64,000 nt of DNA from Octopus sinensis. Taxonomy: Eukaryota. Position 1 is the first letter of the stretch. Each line of letters begins with the position of its first letter. This document shows, one piece after another, positions 50,363 through 62,679 of the stretch. Under the pieces are notes generated by a model that was not told the DNA's origin, did no database searches, and saw nothing but the letters and a program-made list of their open reading frames with translations. The stretch covers positions 48,732,001-48,796,000 of the forward strand of contig NC_043003.1 in the NCBI RefSeq assembly GCF_006345805.1, read 5' to 3'. A program made the position numbers and the translations under genes.

Positions 50363-52385
50363 CAGTTCTCAACAATGCTCAAACAATTCTGCCAATGTAC
50401 CACCCTGGACAGGTATTTTATTGATCTCCACCCCCCACTGCCTTGCACCAAGATTAAAAGCAATGATGATCTCACTAGGATTTGAACTATGAGTACAGAG
50501 GGCCAGAATGACACAAGGTACTTGGCATTCTATTTGATACTTTAGCAGTATCAACCAGCTCAACTTATTTTTGCTGCTGTTCAACATTCAATTTTATGTT
50601 GAAGCTTAGGGGAAGATATACATTTTGAGGGATGCAAATTTAAGTATATAACTACTGTGGACGCAATTAGTTTTACAACTGGATATTTTTACTACTACTA
50701 ACCATTCAGCCAACTAAAGAAATATGAGTGCAATATATTATTAACTAGAAAGCATGAAGCAAGCAGAATGATACATCGTGAAATATGACTTTCTCTGTAT
50801 GAAATAATATGACATCCATTTATAATAACAACTGTAGTCCTTATCAAATCACTTAGACCTTCAGCACTACAGCATTATCACTTCATCATTAAACCCACAA
50901 GCACACACACAATGATTAATGGTATCCAGTTATAGACATATGACACACATATAAGCACTGCTTTTGTGAAAAGAAACAATTTAAATAGAGTACAACAGAA
51001 TAATATCAGTCTTGTTCACTTCAGCTACTCAAAGATATAACGACTTTACATAACTAGTAAACAATCTTATATCTGGACTCAATACTATCAAAAATGTGTG
51101 TCTAAAACCTTCAAATTTGCCTGATGTAAATGTTGTCAACTCACCATCATTAAGAACCTTCCCTGGTAATCTCAGATCCTCAAAGACAACAAAGGTTACA
51201 ACACATTACTCCCTTCCTTTATTGCTTAATTCCCCTTTTCTCTTTATTTGTTTCTTTGTTGAATTAATTTTGAGGTTTCTTGTTTCTGTGGTTGATATCT
51301 GATTCCATTTGGTGTTTCTAAAGTGAAAGATCACTTATATTTTGCAATAATTTCATCTTTCATGCTTTCAATTTCTTGTATCTTTTAATCAACTTCTCTT
51401 TACGTGTTCAAATAAAGATTTTTGTTTTATGAATTAAATAATGATTTCAAGGCCAGCAATTTCGAGACAAAGGTCAAGTCGATTACCTCTACCTCAGTAC
51501 TCAGCTGGTACTTATTTTATCGACCCCGAAAGGATGAAAAGCAAAGTCGACCTCAGCAAAATTTGAACTCCGAATGTAAAGACAGACGAAATGCCGTTTA
51601 GTATTTTGTCTGACACATTAATGATTCTGTCAGCTCACTGCCTTTTTTTATGAATTAGATGACAAAGGACTTTAAGTAGTTGAATAAAAAATAAAAAATA
51701 AATAAATAAATAAAATTAATCTGCAATAAAATATGAAGTGTGTGGTGTAAAGTAAAAGAATTCTAATGATTTGAGCAGGACTCTTCGCCGGAAAAAATAT
51801 GTAAAGGAGTGTTAAGTGATGACCAGAGAGAGGCGAGGAATGGCATTATGGCAGAAATTAAAAAACAGTGAAGAGAAGGATACGAGAATAGGGAATACAA
51901 ATAACAATAGTCTCACACATGTAATATAATGAGTGGAAAATTTGGACCGACTGAGATTACTCAAACAATTAGAACACAAAAAACACAAAACCCCACCCTC
52001 TGAGTGTTTAAAAACTAAAAACAACAACGGACCAAAATAAGATTAGTCGATGGGATTCCTTTTGTTTTGTTTTGTTTTAAAAGTGAAGTGGTGAAAGAAA
52101 CGAACATGTTTGAGTCTTGGTGGATCGATTCAGTGAAGAATATGCTTCTGAACAATAGGTAGGCCTGATTATTTACAATTAGTATCACTCTCCCTCTCTC
52201 TCTCTCTCTCTCTCCCTCTCTCTCTTTCTCTCTGGAAACCAGCTCTTTCAGAGGAAGAATTTAAATGATTAAAAAACAGAAGAGACATACATACATACGT
52301 TTCTTTAGATTTATTTTATAAAATTTGTTCAGTAAAAAGCTAAAATATATTAGAGAGGATTATATAGTTATATTCCTTTCCATAT

Positions 52386-52479
52386 CGGCTAACTCTGATG
52401 AGCATAAAGTTATGTAATCGGTTTGTTACCTAACACTCCATTGTATTCTTTATGTGAAACCAATTGGTAAGACCAGCCG
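52386..52479 (+). ncRNA. Type I hammerhead ribozyme motif
   Basis: CTGATGA 52395-52401; stem II GCATAAAG/CTTTATGT; GAAA 52456-52459; stem III CC-AATT-GG; GUA cleavage triplet 52467-52469; stem I CT/AG plus CGGCT/AGCCG. Confidence 0.65.
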
Positions 52480-52519
52480 TGATGGTCTTATCAATACTAT
52501 ACATTTCGGATAACATATC

Positions 52520-52552
<33 letters not shown>

Positions 52553-52610
52553 TGTCTGAATTTTATGGTGTTAATTGTCCTTTACCACTGTAGTTGAATG
52601 ATATATGTAT

Positions 52611-52980
52611 GGAGGTGCAGGGGTGGCTACGTGGTAAGAAGTTTGCTTCCCAACTACATGGTTCTGGAGTAAGTCCCACTGTTTACACTGGGAAAATGTC
52701 TTCCACCATAGCCTCTTGCTGACCAAAGCCTTCTGATTGGATTTGGTAGACGGAAGCTGAAAGAAGTCCATATATGTGTGACTGTCTGTGTTTGTCCCCC
52801 ACCACCGTCTGTTGGTGTGTTTACATCTCCATAACTTAGCGGTTCAGCAAAAGGAATCAATAGAATAAGTAGCAGGTTTAAAAACTATAAAAATAATGGG
52901 GCCGATTTATTCGACTAAAATTCTTCAAAGCAGTGCCCCAGCATGGTCGCAGTCTAATGACTGAAATAAATAAAAGACTA
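52611..52980 (+). mobile_element. SINE family B
   Basis: Homology to 7893-8335. Confidence 0.85.
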
Positions 52981-53186
52981 TAAATATAATACTTATTAAA
53001 CATTTACAGGAAGAGTGATAGTAGTGATTTCGAAGTTTCAGCCAGTTAGCCTTCGTCGAACTCTAAGCTACCAGACCAAAGCTTCGAAGTCACACCCATT
53101 CCTTTTTTTGCAAAAGTTTAATAAAGAAGTACTCTGCACTAAAAAATTATTGAATAATTCCCCTGTTTAATGCAAAATTGTTTTTA

Positions 53187-53593
53187 GAGTGGCTGTGTGG
53201 TAAGTAGCTTACTTACCAACTGCATGGTTTCAGGTTCAGTCCCACTGCGTGGCACTTTGTGCAAGTGTCTTCTACTATAGCCTGGGGCCGACCAAAGCCT
53301 TGTGAGTGGATTTGGTAGACGGAAACTGAAAGAAGCCCATCGTATATATACGTATATATATATGTATGGGTGTATATGTTTGTATGTCTGTGTTGTTCCC
53401 CCTACCACCACCACCAACATCGCTTGACAACCGATGGTGGTGCATTTATGTCCCTGTAACTTAGCGGTTTGGCAAAAGAGACCGATAGAATAAGTACTAG
53501 GCTTCCAAAGAATAATTCCTGGGGTCGATTTGCTCGACTAAAGGTGGTGCTCCAGCATGGCTGCAGTCAAATGAATGAAACAAGTAAAAGAGT
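53187..53593 (+). mobile_element. SINE family B
   Basis: Homology to 7893-8335. Confidence 0.88.
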
Positions 53594-53598
53594 ATATA

Positions 53599-53815
53599 CA
53601 AGGGGGTACTGAAAAGTTCCTAGCTTTGGGTAAAAGAAAATACAGGAAGATCAGTTGATTGTGATTCTATTCAACGTATTCCCCTCTCAGATTCACACAC
53701 CTATTGCCATGGTCCTTCAGTTTTTATAAGTCCTGTAAAAGAACTGAGAATGTTGGGCTTTCAACCAGGCCTTTCACCATGTCCTTGAAGCCATGAACTT
53801 TTCAGTACACCTTCG
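53599..53815. mobile_element. Tc1/mariner MITE copy 2
   Basis: Same family as 27209-27424, with TA flanks. Confidence 0.8.
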
Positions 53816-54409
53816 TATAACTTAGCATAAAAATAAAAATATTTATATCATATATTATACAGAGAATACCACCGAGAGGCTTTGGATAAAGAGGGCAAAC
53901 CAGTGGTGTGCTGCTATTGAGATGCAGTCTGGGTCATGATAATCCCGGTTGGGTCAAGTGAGGGAAGGGATCTGATGTTAGAAGATCCGAAACCCTCTTA
54001 GATACTAGAAACATCAATGACGATGCATCTCGGGTAACCGCAAGATGTATTTTAAAACTGAAATGTGTGTGTGTGTATAGATCGTTTGAAATATATATGT
54101 GTGTCTGTGTGTGTGTGTGTGGGGGGTATTGTTATACATGGGAATGGTCATATTTTGCCAATTGAATACACGCATTATATATTTGATCTTCACTTCAGCT
54201 TTATTATTGTTATTTTTGTTTCTTTGTCAAAGCTCTTCAATGATTCACTGTCTCTTCCTGTTCTACTTATTTCATTTTTGGAATAAGTAGGACAAGAGGA
54301 GACACGTGGAGTAAAAAGTCATTGAAGAGGTCATAGGATGTATGACGAAAGAGTTTTGACAAAGAAACTAAAATAATAATAATAATAATAATAATTTGCA
54401 TTGGAAAAT

Positions 54410-54830
54410 ATGTAAACACTACAAAATCAGCACTCCTGCTTACTGGTATGAACATCATCCTGAGCCAGTTGTTGAAGGTAAAAATGTCACTATCCTCTGG
54501 GATTTTCCAGTCAACACTGACAGAATGATCCAAGCTAATCGACCAGATATAGTCATTAAAGACTGAGAAAGGGATGTCAAAAATATATTGATAATATCCC
54601 AGGAGAACCATGTCTCAGAAAAATCCAAAAGATTGTGCTGACAAGTACTGCCCACATCCTTAGAAAAAATTCCTATTAATTTAAATGTCTGTGTTGTATT
54701 ACATGAAGATATTTTGCAACTGCCCCTCCCATTTCCCCTCCACCAGCTGTCAGTCATACTGTAACATCTCTTAACCTTCACTCACCCTAGGATGCTGGGT
54801 ATGTCTCAGCAAGTGATTGTAACAAACATT
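54410..54830 (+). mobile_element. R4/Dong-like RLE non-LTR retrotransposon fragment
   Basis: WYEHHPEPVVEGKNVTILWDFPVNTDRMIQANRPDIVIKD at 54444-54563. Confidence 0.8.
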
Positions 54831-55385
54831 AGGCAGTAGCTCTCATGGCTTCTGATCTTAACTGATTGGAAGTGTTATCATGTACATTGTTTTGTCTTGG
54901 TATAAAAGCTAGGCTACAGCAAATATTCTGCTCAATACCACAGATTTGCTCATCAGTTGCTTGACCTTAACCAGTTGAGTATGTCCCTTAGTGGCTGATG
55001 ATATGTGCATCTCTGATCATTAGCAGAAGGAGTTGGGGAGCATCATAGCCATGTGTTGAGGGGGATTCTTTGGGGTTTGGATAATTCACCATTGGAAACA
55101 TAGGTGTTTCATTCAACATCCTTAAACAACCCTTATTCAGGGTCTTTTTGAGTGGAATGGGCTACTCGACCTGAGGAAAATTCTAACTGGGCCCCCACCT
55201 GCAAGGCTATGCGCTGTTTATTTTGATATGAGATCACTATGTCGTGCACATATGGTTTTGATGCATGTGCCTGGTGTACCCTTATCAGACGGGTAGTCAT
55301 GATGGGTATACTGAGCTTCATATATTTTACCTCAGTGTCACTTTGATGCTATGCACTGCTTTCTCACTTAATAATAATAATAATA
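54831..55385 (+). mobile_element. Interspersed repeat ending in an (AAT)n tail, probably a LINE 3' end
   Basis: Abrupt composition change and an AATAATAAT tail; appears to interrupt the R4-like fragment. Family not established from this window. Confidence 0.4.
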
Positions 55386-56169
55386 GTAAACCTGAAGTGA
55401 AGACCAAATACATAGTGCGTGTGTTTACTTGGCAAAATTTGACCATACCCAAATATATGTTTGGAAGTTTGTAAGTGTTAGCATGTTTTTGTGTCTGTGT
55501 GTTCGTGAGGCGTAAAAAGTACTGACCAGTGAAATGACGATGGAATTTGGTTCACAGTTCATGTTGTTGGTATCAGCCTGGCAACAGGTAATAACAGATG
55601 GCTTAAGGTAGTTCTTAGAAGAAACTAGAACCCAAGAACAGATAATTGATTTACCGTTTATGAGGTACAGTGTAAGAGTTCCATATCAAGATGTTGTGTC
55701 TCATAGTTGAGGTTAATTGAATCACTCATTGTGTTTATCTTTCTCTTGATATGAATATACTTCCAGATGTGTTAACTGTAGCCGTTTTTTCCGTGGTGAG
55801 ATTTTCACCTAACCGCTATAGCTGAATCTGTAGTTGTCTTGTGTACAAATTAAATCTTCGATGTTTGTCGATGTCTGTCGCTTGGTTTTTGCTGCGTCTT
55901 CATTATATATTCTGCTTGGTTATTTTTCTCTAGTTATAGATATCCTGTAACCGTTTTTTTCCGTGGTGATATTTTCACACTAACAGTATGAGAGGTATCT
56001 GTAACATCTTGTATTAATGGTGGTCGCCTGCCTTTCGAAACTGGAACATGGTCGAGTATGCTCTGTGTGGTCAGAGGTTAGCCCTGAGAAGGACTTGAAA
56101 CCTAAGACGGATATTTGTCTGAGAAACCTTCTTTTATACAGTTTATTGGGCTCAAAATGAACTTCAGAA

Positions 56170-56285
56170 ATGGAAAGCTGTGATTGGCTGCTTGGAACTA
56201 TGGCGCGAAAATAAGCGGAGGCAAATCGCGTCACGTGATAACCAGCGGTGCGAACGTAGTAGAGACCACGTGTCAGCCAATCGAA
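56170..56285. promoter_or_regulatory. CpG-rich promoter-like segment with no assigned gene
   Basis: GATTGGC and GCCAATC (two opposed CCAAT boxes), TGGCGCGAAAA (E2F consensus TTTTCGCGCCA on the - strand), GTCACGTGA and CCACGTGTCA E-boxes within ~110 bp. Confidence 0.5.
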
Positions 56286-56329
56286 TTAGTGTTTACAACA
56301 ATGTTGAACTAGCCGAAGATGTTTGTAAT

Positions 56330-56750
56330 TTCGACCGAGGTTATTCTTAATACTCTTCTCAAACAGTGAAGATAGCAATGAGAACGATATTGCTACAGAA
56401 GCATTCAATAGCGCGGATATGCGCCACCTCATAGGTTTATATATACTCGATACTTTAAGCAAGCGGTTCCCGCCAGTCCACTTTAATCTCTGCAGTAATG
56501 ACGCTTTAGCCGTCTCAAGAAGCGCAAACGGGCACAACCAGGACAGGTTTAAGAAGAACCTGATTTACACGCTTAGCCCCTATTGGTTGTAAGGTTATAA
56601 TGGAGATCAACCTTACAGTAGTTAACTTTTTAGATGTTACGCTCCATTTGGGCAACCGTTCATACTTGCTCTACCTCAGGCCAAAGGAAAAGCTGTCGTA
56701 TATTAAAACAGCCTTCTGTCACCTGCCTATTGTGCTTAAAAACCTGGAGA
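56330..56750 (+). mobile_element. Penelope-like element, decayed RT fragment
   Basis: AFNSADMRHLIGLYILDTL..LCSNDALAV..DRFKKNLI and INLTVVNFLDVTL..SYIKTAFCHLPIVLKNL correspond to PLE motifs GSYDGAEICELVGLYIL, LYRDDGL, VNFLDVTL and SNHPP. Confidence 0.75.
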
Positions 56751-56855
56751 AGGGTGACCGGCCATAACCAATGATATACTAAAATACATAAAATATAATG
56801 GCTCAAAAATACTTTTAGAGTGTTTTTTGTTTCTGATTTATGGACAACTGACCGG

Positions 56856-56890
<35 letters not shown>

Positions 56891-56999
56891 CTTGCTCGCT
56901 TAGCCAGCTGGGTGGCGTCGTTTGAAGGCTAAAACGATGTGAAGCACATTGTGACCAGCGATGTGTAGCAACATCCGATAGCCTGGTCGGTCACGTGAT

Positions 57000-57041
<42 letters not shown>

Positions 57042-57075
57042 GGAGATGTACTTGCATAGCAAGTGGCTTGATCTG

Positions 57076-57122
<47 letters not shown>

Positions 57123-57184
57123 CGCCATGTTGATTCGCTAGCCTCTGCACGCATTTTTTTCTCTCCGTGTTTCTTTTCTGTGTA

Positions 57185-57222
57185 TCTTTCTGTTGAAGAG
57201 CGTAGGCTCGAAACGTTAAAGA
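57185..57222 (+). ncRNA. Degenerate minimal hammerhead motif (Penelope-type)
   Basis: TCTTT-CTGTTGA-A-GAGC-GTAG-GCTC-GAAAC-GTT-AAAGA. Stems I and II pair; stem III is a loopless palindrome; core has an A6U change. Confidence 0.5.
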
Positions 57223-57318
57223 CTTGTTTTATTTATATTCCTGAGCGCCATACTAATACAATTGTTTGTTTGTATTCCACCTGCCTTCGTCTTTTGTTTA
57301 TTTTCATAAAGCTTCCCG

Positions 57319-57351
<33 letters not shown>

Positions 57352-57355
<4 letters not shown>

Positions 57356-57563
57356 GGGATACTGAAAAATTCCTGGCTTTAAGGGCATCGCAAAAGGCCT
57401 GGTTGGAGGCCCAACCTCCTGAGTTTTTTTACAGGATTTAGAAAAACTGAAGGACTGCTGCAATAAGTGTGTGAATCTGAGAGGGGAATATGTTGAATAA
57501 AATCATAATTAACTGATCCTCCTGTATTTTCTTTTACCCAAAGCCAGGAACTTTTCATCCCCT
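57352..57563. mobile_element. Tc1/mariner MITE copy 3 (opposite orientation)
   Basis: Reverse complement of the same family, inserted in (TA)n. Confidence 0.8.
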
Positions 57564-58493
57564 CCCCCACCGATGTGTGTGTGTATGTGTGTGTGTGCGC
57601 GCGTACACTCTCACATACACATTTATAATGAGTCTATTGTTTATAGTGCTCACGTGTACACTACAACTCGTCAGAAAAGAGTGAACCAGTGCGTGAGGGT
57701 GCAGAAAGCAACAATGAATCGCGTAAAGAAAGAAATGAAAGCCAAAAGTGCATGTATAATAATCATTCTGAATACTAATGCGTTTCAGAATGAAACACAA
57801 CTCTGAGAGAAAAGTGAACTGCAGGAGCGCCCTAAATAAAAGCGATGGATGGCAAGTTAGCAGAATCAGGGTGGTTGCATAACTTGTGAATGGGATATGT
57901 TATAGTATGCTTCACGAAAAATGTTAATAAATTCTTGCAACAAAACAGCTGCACACACACACACACACACACACAAGACGGACCTGGGTAAGGCTTTGCC
58001 TTTCATCCTTTCGGGGTCGATAAATTAAGTACCAATTACGCACCGGGGTCGATGTAATCGACTTAATCCCTTTGTCTGTCGTTGTTTGTCCCCTCTATGT
58101 TTAGCTCCTTGTGGGCAATGAAGAAATAAGATTCTGATATGGAAGGCACTATTTGGTAATGAAAACAAGCGTATGTTCTTGAGTGGAAGATATATGTAGC
58201 TCGCAAGGGAGGGTGTATGAAGCTGATTGGTTCAGAGAAGCAGAAGTCGTTTTTGTTACGGGTAGAAGATACATTGAGAAGAAGCGCTTCTGTTAGCTAT
58301 CTTTGTAGCGTACTTTCACCTAATCACTTAAAAAAAAATATGCGTTACCTATATTTCACTTAACTTAGCTGATTAGAGTTACTTCCCTTGTTTCTTTAAG
58401 ATTTTTGAACAGTCGTTAGTGTTCGTCTACTAATTGGTTCTGATAATTTCAATCCCAGTTGTGATTATTCAATGAATAAGTTGGCATAAATTT

Positions 58494-58665
58494 CATCATC
58501 ATCATTGTCATCATTTAACATTCGTTTTCCATGCTGGCATGTGTTGGATGGTTTGATGCGCTGGCCAACCAGAAAGCTTCCCAAGCTCCAAATTCTCTCT
58601 TTTGGCATGGTTTCTAGGGTTAGATATCCTTCCTAACGCCAACCACTTTACAGAGTGTGCTGAAC
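58494..58665 (-). mobile_element. RTE LINE 3'-tail fragment
   Basis: (CAT)n-TTTAACATTCGTTTTCCATGCTGG is the reverse complement of the 44370-44412 tail. Similar pieces at 46220-46400 and 63250-63380. Confidence 0.75.
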
Positions 58666-59650
58666 CCACCCCATTTATATAGGATATACATTTTCTTATA
58701 TATTGGATATAAATTTACTTATGTATGTATATTGCTTAATATAAAATCATACACATACACATATACATTACACACACACACACACATCATCATCATCATC
58801 GTCGTCTCTAACATTACGCTCCAGGTATCCCTCATCATTACCAAACTCATTAATATCTCTTTTGCTGCAGGAATTTATTCAACTTTATCGTGAAAATGTG
58901 TCCCGTTTCTAAAATCGCATTGGTCTGAGAACAGGGCATGCAAGCACACCTAAAATTTTTGCCGATGCAAAATCAAATTTTACACCTCTACTTAGTTTTC
59001 ACAGGTTTTAGAAAACTGTGCGCAAAAAGGTGATCTTTAAAAAGCAGCTTGATATTAGGTTTCTTCTCAAAGAGCATAAATAAATAAATAAATAAATAAA
59101 TAAATGAAACAATAAGATCTTGTTTGTAAAAAAACTTTGGACCTGAATTTGCACCTCCTAAGAAAATTTCGTTCCCGAACCAGTGCCAAATGTGCAACTT
59201 CTCTGGTCATGTTAACTAGCCTCCAATTCTTTTCATCCCCAACGTCTTTAAGTTCAGCGTAAAAAATCCCACTTTTTTCATCCCGTTAAGTATCTTTCTT
59301 TTTTTTTCTGGTGATGTGTTTCCTCGAGTCTACAGGAGTCTATGTTCTTGGGAAGAAATTGAGAAAATGAGAAGTGGATTTTATGTGCATTAAATCAGGA
59401 GAATACTCGAGAAATTAGTGGAGATCGGTGTGTAGGAAAACTGATAGAAAAATAAATGGTTTGGGTAGCGATTGAGTTGTCGAGAAAGTCGAGAGAAATT
59501 ACCAAGGTAATAGTGAAACTAAATTCATTAACTGACGCAAACAAAATGAAGTTTTCTCTTGTAGGTGAAGTGATACCAATGTCGTTATCGATTAATCGAG
59601 TCGTATAATTCCCACATCAGTGACTAAAACTACATACTACGTCCTTTAAT

Positions 59651-59800
59651 TCATTTACCTTCCTTTTTTCGTTTACCTCCGCTTTTTCGTTTACCTTCCT
59701 TTTTTTCATTTACCTCCGCTTTTTCGTTTACCTTCCTTTTTTCATTTACCTTCCCTTTTTCGTTTACCTTCCTTTTTTTCATTTACCTTCCCTCTTTCAT
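59651..59800. repeat. ~18-20-bp minisatellite (TTTACCTTCCTTTTTTCR)
   Basis: About 7 tandem imperfect units. Confidence 0.92.
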
Positions 59801-60526
59801 TTTATTTACATATAATGGTGGACAACAAGGTGAAAGGAAAATACCTGCCATACCATTATTTACTGTTAAACTACTTCTTTATTTATTGAGTAAACAGATC
59901 GCATATGCCTTATTTTTGCGAAAATAACGCATAGTAAACTTTTGTTAGTTGAGAATAGATTCTTTGAACTTCCATACATGAATATTAACTTTTGATGAAA
60001 TTCCATGTCCTTTCAAACGAGTTGTACATTTCATCTTTGGTATCTACGAAATGAAGACTATGATTTACCGTCTCATGGTTCAGAAGCTGTTTTCTTTTCA
60101 CTATGTTGTTCACCACTTTATACATATGTAATACGAAAGATCACCCCCGAACCTTTAAATTTCTACTCATTATATATAAATCCCATCATATAAAAGTTAT
60201 AAATCTGAGTTTTCCTAGCACTGGGATTGATTAGTTTTCAGAGACTGCAGTGTCTATAAAATTTTAGAATACATAAGGCGAAGAGAGTTAAGCCCCTTGA
60301 AAATTCGTGGTTTGGCAGAATTGTTGGAACGTCGTACAAAATACTTTCAGTGTCTAGTTCGAATCCGACCGAAGTTAATTTTGCCTTTCAGTCTTCAGGA
60401 ATCAATATAATAAAATACCAACCAAGAACTGGAATCGATAAAATACTAATGAAGTGGTGGATTTGATATAACTTTCCTTTCATACTTAATGTATGTAAAT
60501 GAAATTAGAACGACATAGTAAAATCG

Positions 60527-60548
60527 GTTGTTGTTGTTGTTGTTGTTG

Positions 60549-60586
<38 letters not shown>
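60527..60586. repeat. (GTT)n(GCT)n microsatellite
   Basis: Directly visible. Confidence 0.97.
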
Positions 60587-61134
60587 AGTGCCCAGGTTAG
60601 TTCTAACCAAGCAGAGCTGTGATCTCTCTATTGCGTCTTCTGCTTATTTAAACCGGGATTAGTTTCGGCAGCAATTTCTAATAGGTCTAGCGATCATATA
60701 AAAGATTCGCCATATGTCATGTTGAGTTTCAGAGTCCAAGAAAAGTAAAAAAAAAAAAAAAATACTGTCGCTGATTATATCGACTGTACTTCTTCAGTTT
60801 GTTGTCATATGTCTATGTATTTTTAAACGAAGCTAATCGATTTTAATATTCCAAGGAGGGTACACATGAGCAGTTTCCTGCTTCCATCCACCGGTAGACA
60901 TGAAACATGATAGTTTTTAAGAGAATAAAGAATAAATTATGAAGATATTAACATATTGTTACCATTATTGTTGTAGTTGCTTAGTTGTAAGTCAGATCTG
61001 ATTGGCCGGACCGATCTCTCTAGGCCGGACTCATCTCTCTAGGTCAGACCTGAAAACTATATTAGATATAATCTGTTTGGTTATATTTAAATGTATTTAT
61101 TTTACACTAAATCATAGTAAGTATTACTGATACC

Positions 61135-61664
61135 ACATACTGAATGTATGTGTTTTGTTTTTGGCACTTATTAGCTGTGGAATTACATCAGGGGAAAAGT
61201 CTCTTTAAGACACCAAGTGTTAAAAAACACTGAATACCTCAAACCAGGTGTGACAACTCACTCAGTAGTTGAACGAGAATGATGAATATTAATATTTCAC
61301 TGTTATTTCAGCTCTTCAGCAGCATATACCCGAGTCACCTTGAAACACTGGAATTGCAAGTTTGAGAAATCCATACAAATAGTGTAGTCTCTTTACTGAT
61401 ATGTAACAATACTGCGTAGTTAAAACAAAATTAAATTTTTAATTAAAAGCAGTTTTAATAATGTAAACATTACCAATGTAACATACTGAATGTATGTGTT
61501 TTATTTATACATTTATTAGCTGTGGGATTGAATCAGGAGCAAAGTCTCTCTAAGACACTAAGTGTTAAAAAACACTGAATTCCTCAAACAAGGGGTGACA
61601 ACTCATCTTGACGGTGAATAATATTGATATTTCAGTTATTTCAGCTCGTCAGCATAATATACCC
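61135..61664. repeat. Diverged ~190-bp direct duplication (61135-61331 / 61481-61664)
   Basis: Both copies start ACATACTGAATGTATGTGTTTT and share AAGTGTTAAAAAACACTGAAT and GTTATTTCAGCTC. Confidence 0.9.
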
Positions 61665-62324
61665 CTAATAAATAATATAAATAAATTATTTATAATTAAG
61701 ACAAAAAAAGATGCAGATTTTTGATACCCTTTTATTTAAGTTCCTTTAAAGTAGTGCCACAATAAATTTAATTCTAGAAAAATCCTCTGTAATGTTCCTT
61801 CTGTTGGCTCTCTAAACATGTGATTATAGTGGATAATGGTTATTCTTGGTTTACTGCTGAGAATAATTTTACCTGATATCCTTCTTTGAGGTTGATAAAA
61901 TAAAATACCAATCAGAGATTGAGTCAATTCAATTGATTATACTCAGTATCCACAAAATATGTGACTTTGTATCTATGTTAGATATCATTATCAGAGTCAC
62001 AGATGAGGGCCATAAACTGTGGAAGCAAATACCTTGCAGTATTTAGATTCATTGTTCTATGTCCTCTCTTCAAATCTCACCAGCATCAGCTATTCATTTC
62101 ATCCACTCTTTGCTCAATGAAATAAATACCACACATAAAGTATGGTCACTTCAACTATTACCACTGCCGCCGCCGCCACCACCACCAATGACAACAACAA
62201 CAAAAAGTCTGTGTTCTTGTGCCAGTTTATGGGATGAGATTTTGAACTATAGAAGTGAGGAACATGGAGGTGATGGTTGGTTTGTGGTGTAAAGCTAAAA
62301 TCTTATGAATCTTATATCTTTTGG

Positions 62325-62665
62325 TGAAGGTGCATGGCTCAGTGGTTAGAGCATCGGGCTCACAATCATGAGGTAGTGAGTTCAATTTCTCAACCGGGCT
62401 GTATGTTGTGTTCTTGAGCAAGACACTTTATTTCATGTTGCTCCAGTTCATTCAGCTGTAGAAATGAGATGTGACGTCACAGGTGCCAAGCTGTATCGAC
62501 CCCTTTACCTTTCCCTTGGACAACATCAGTGGCATGCAGAGTGAAGGCTGATATGCATGGGTGACTGCTGGTCCTCCATAAACAACCCTACCTGGACTTA
62601 TGTCTTGGAGGGGAACTTTCTAGGCTCAATCCCATGGTCATTCATGACCAGAGGGTCTTTACCCT
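62325..62665 (+). mobile_element. SINE family C head with a different 3' region
   Basis: Head and core are homologous; the tail diverges after AGAAATGAG. Confidence 0.75.
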
Positions 62666-62679
62666 TTATCCTTTTATCT

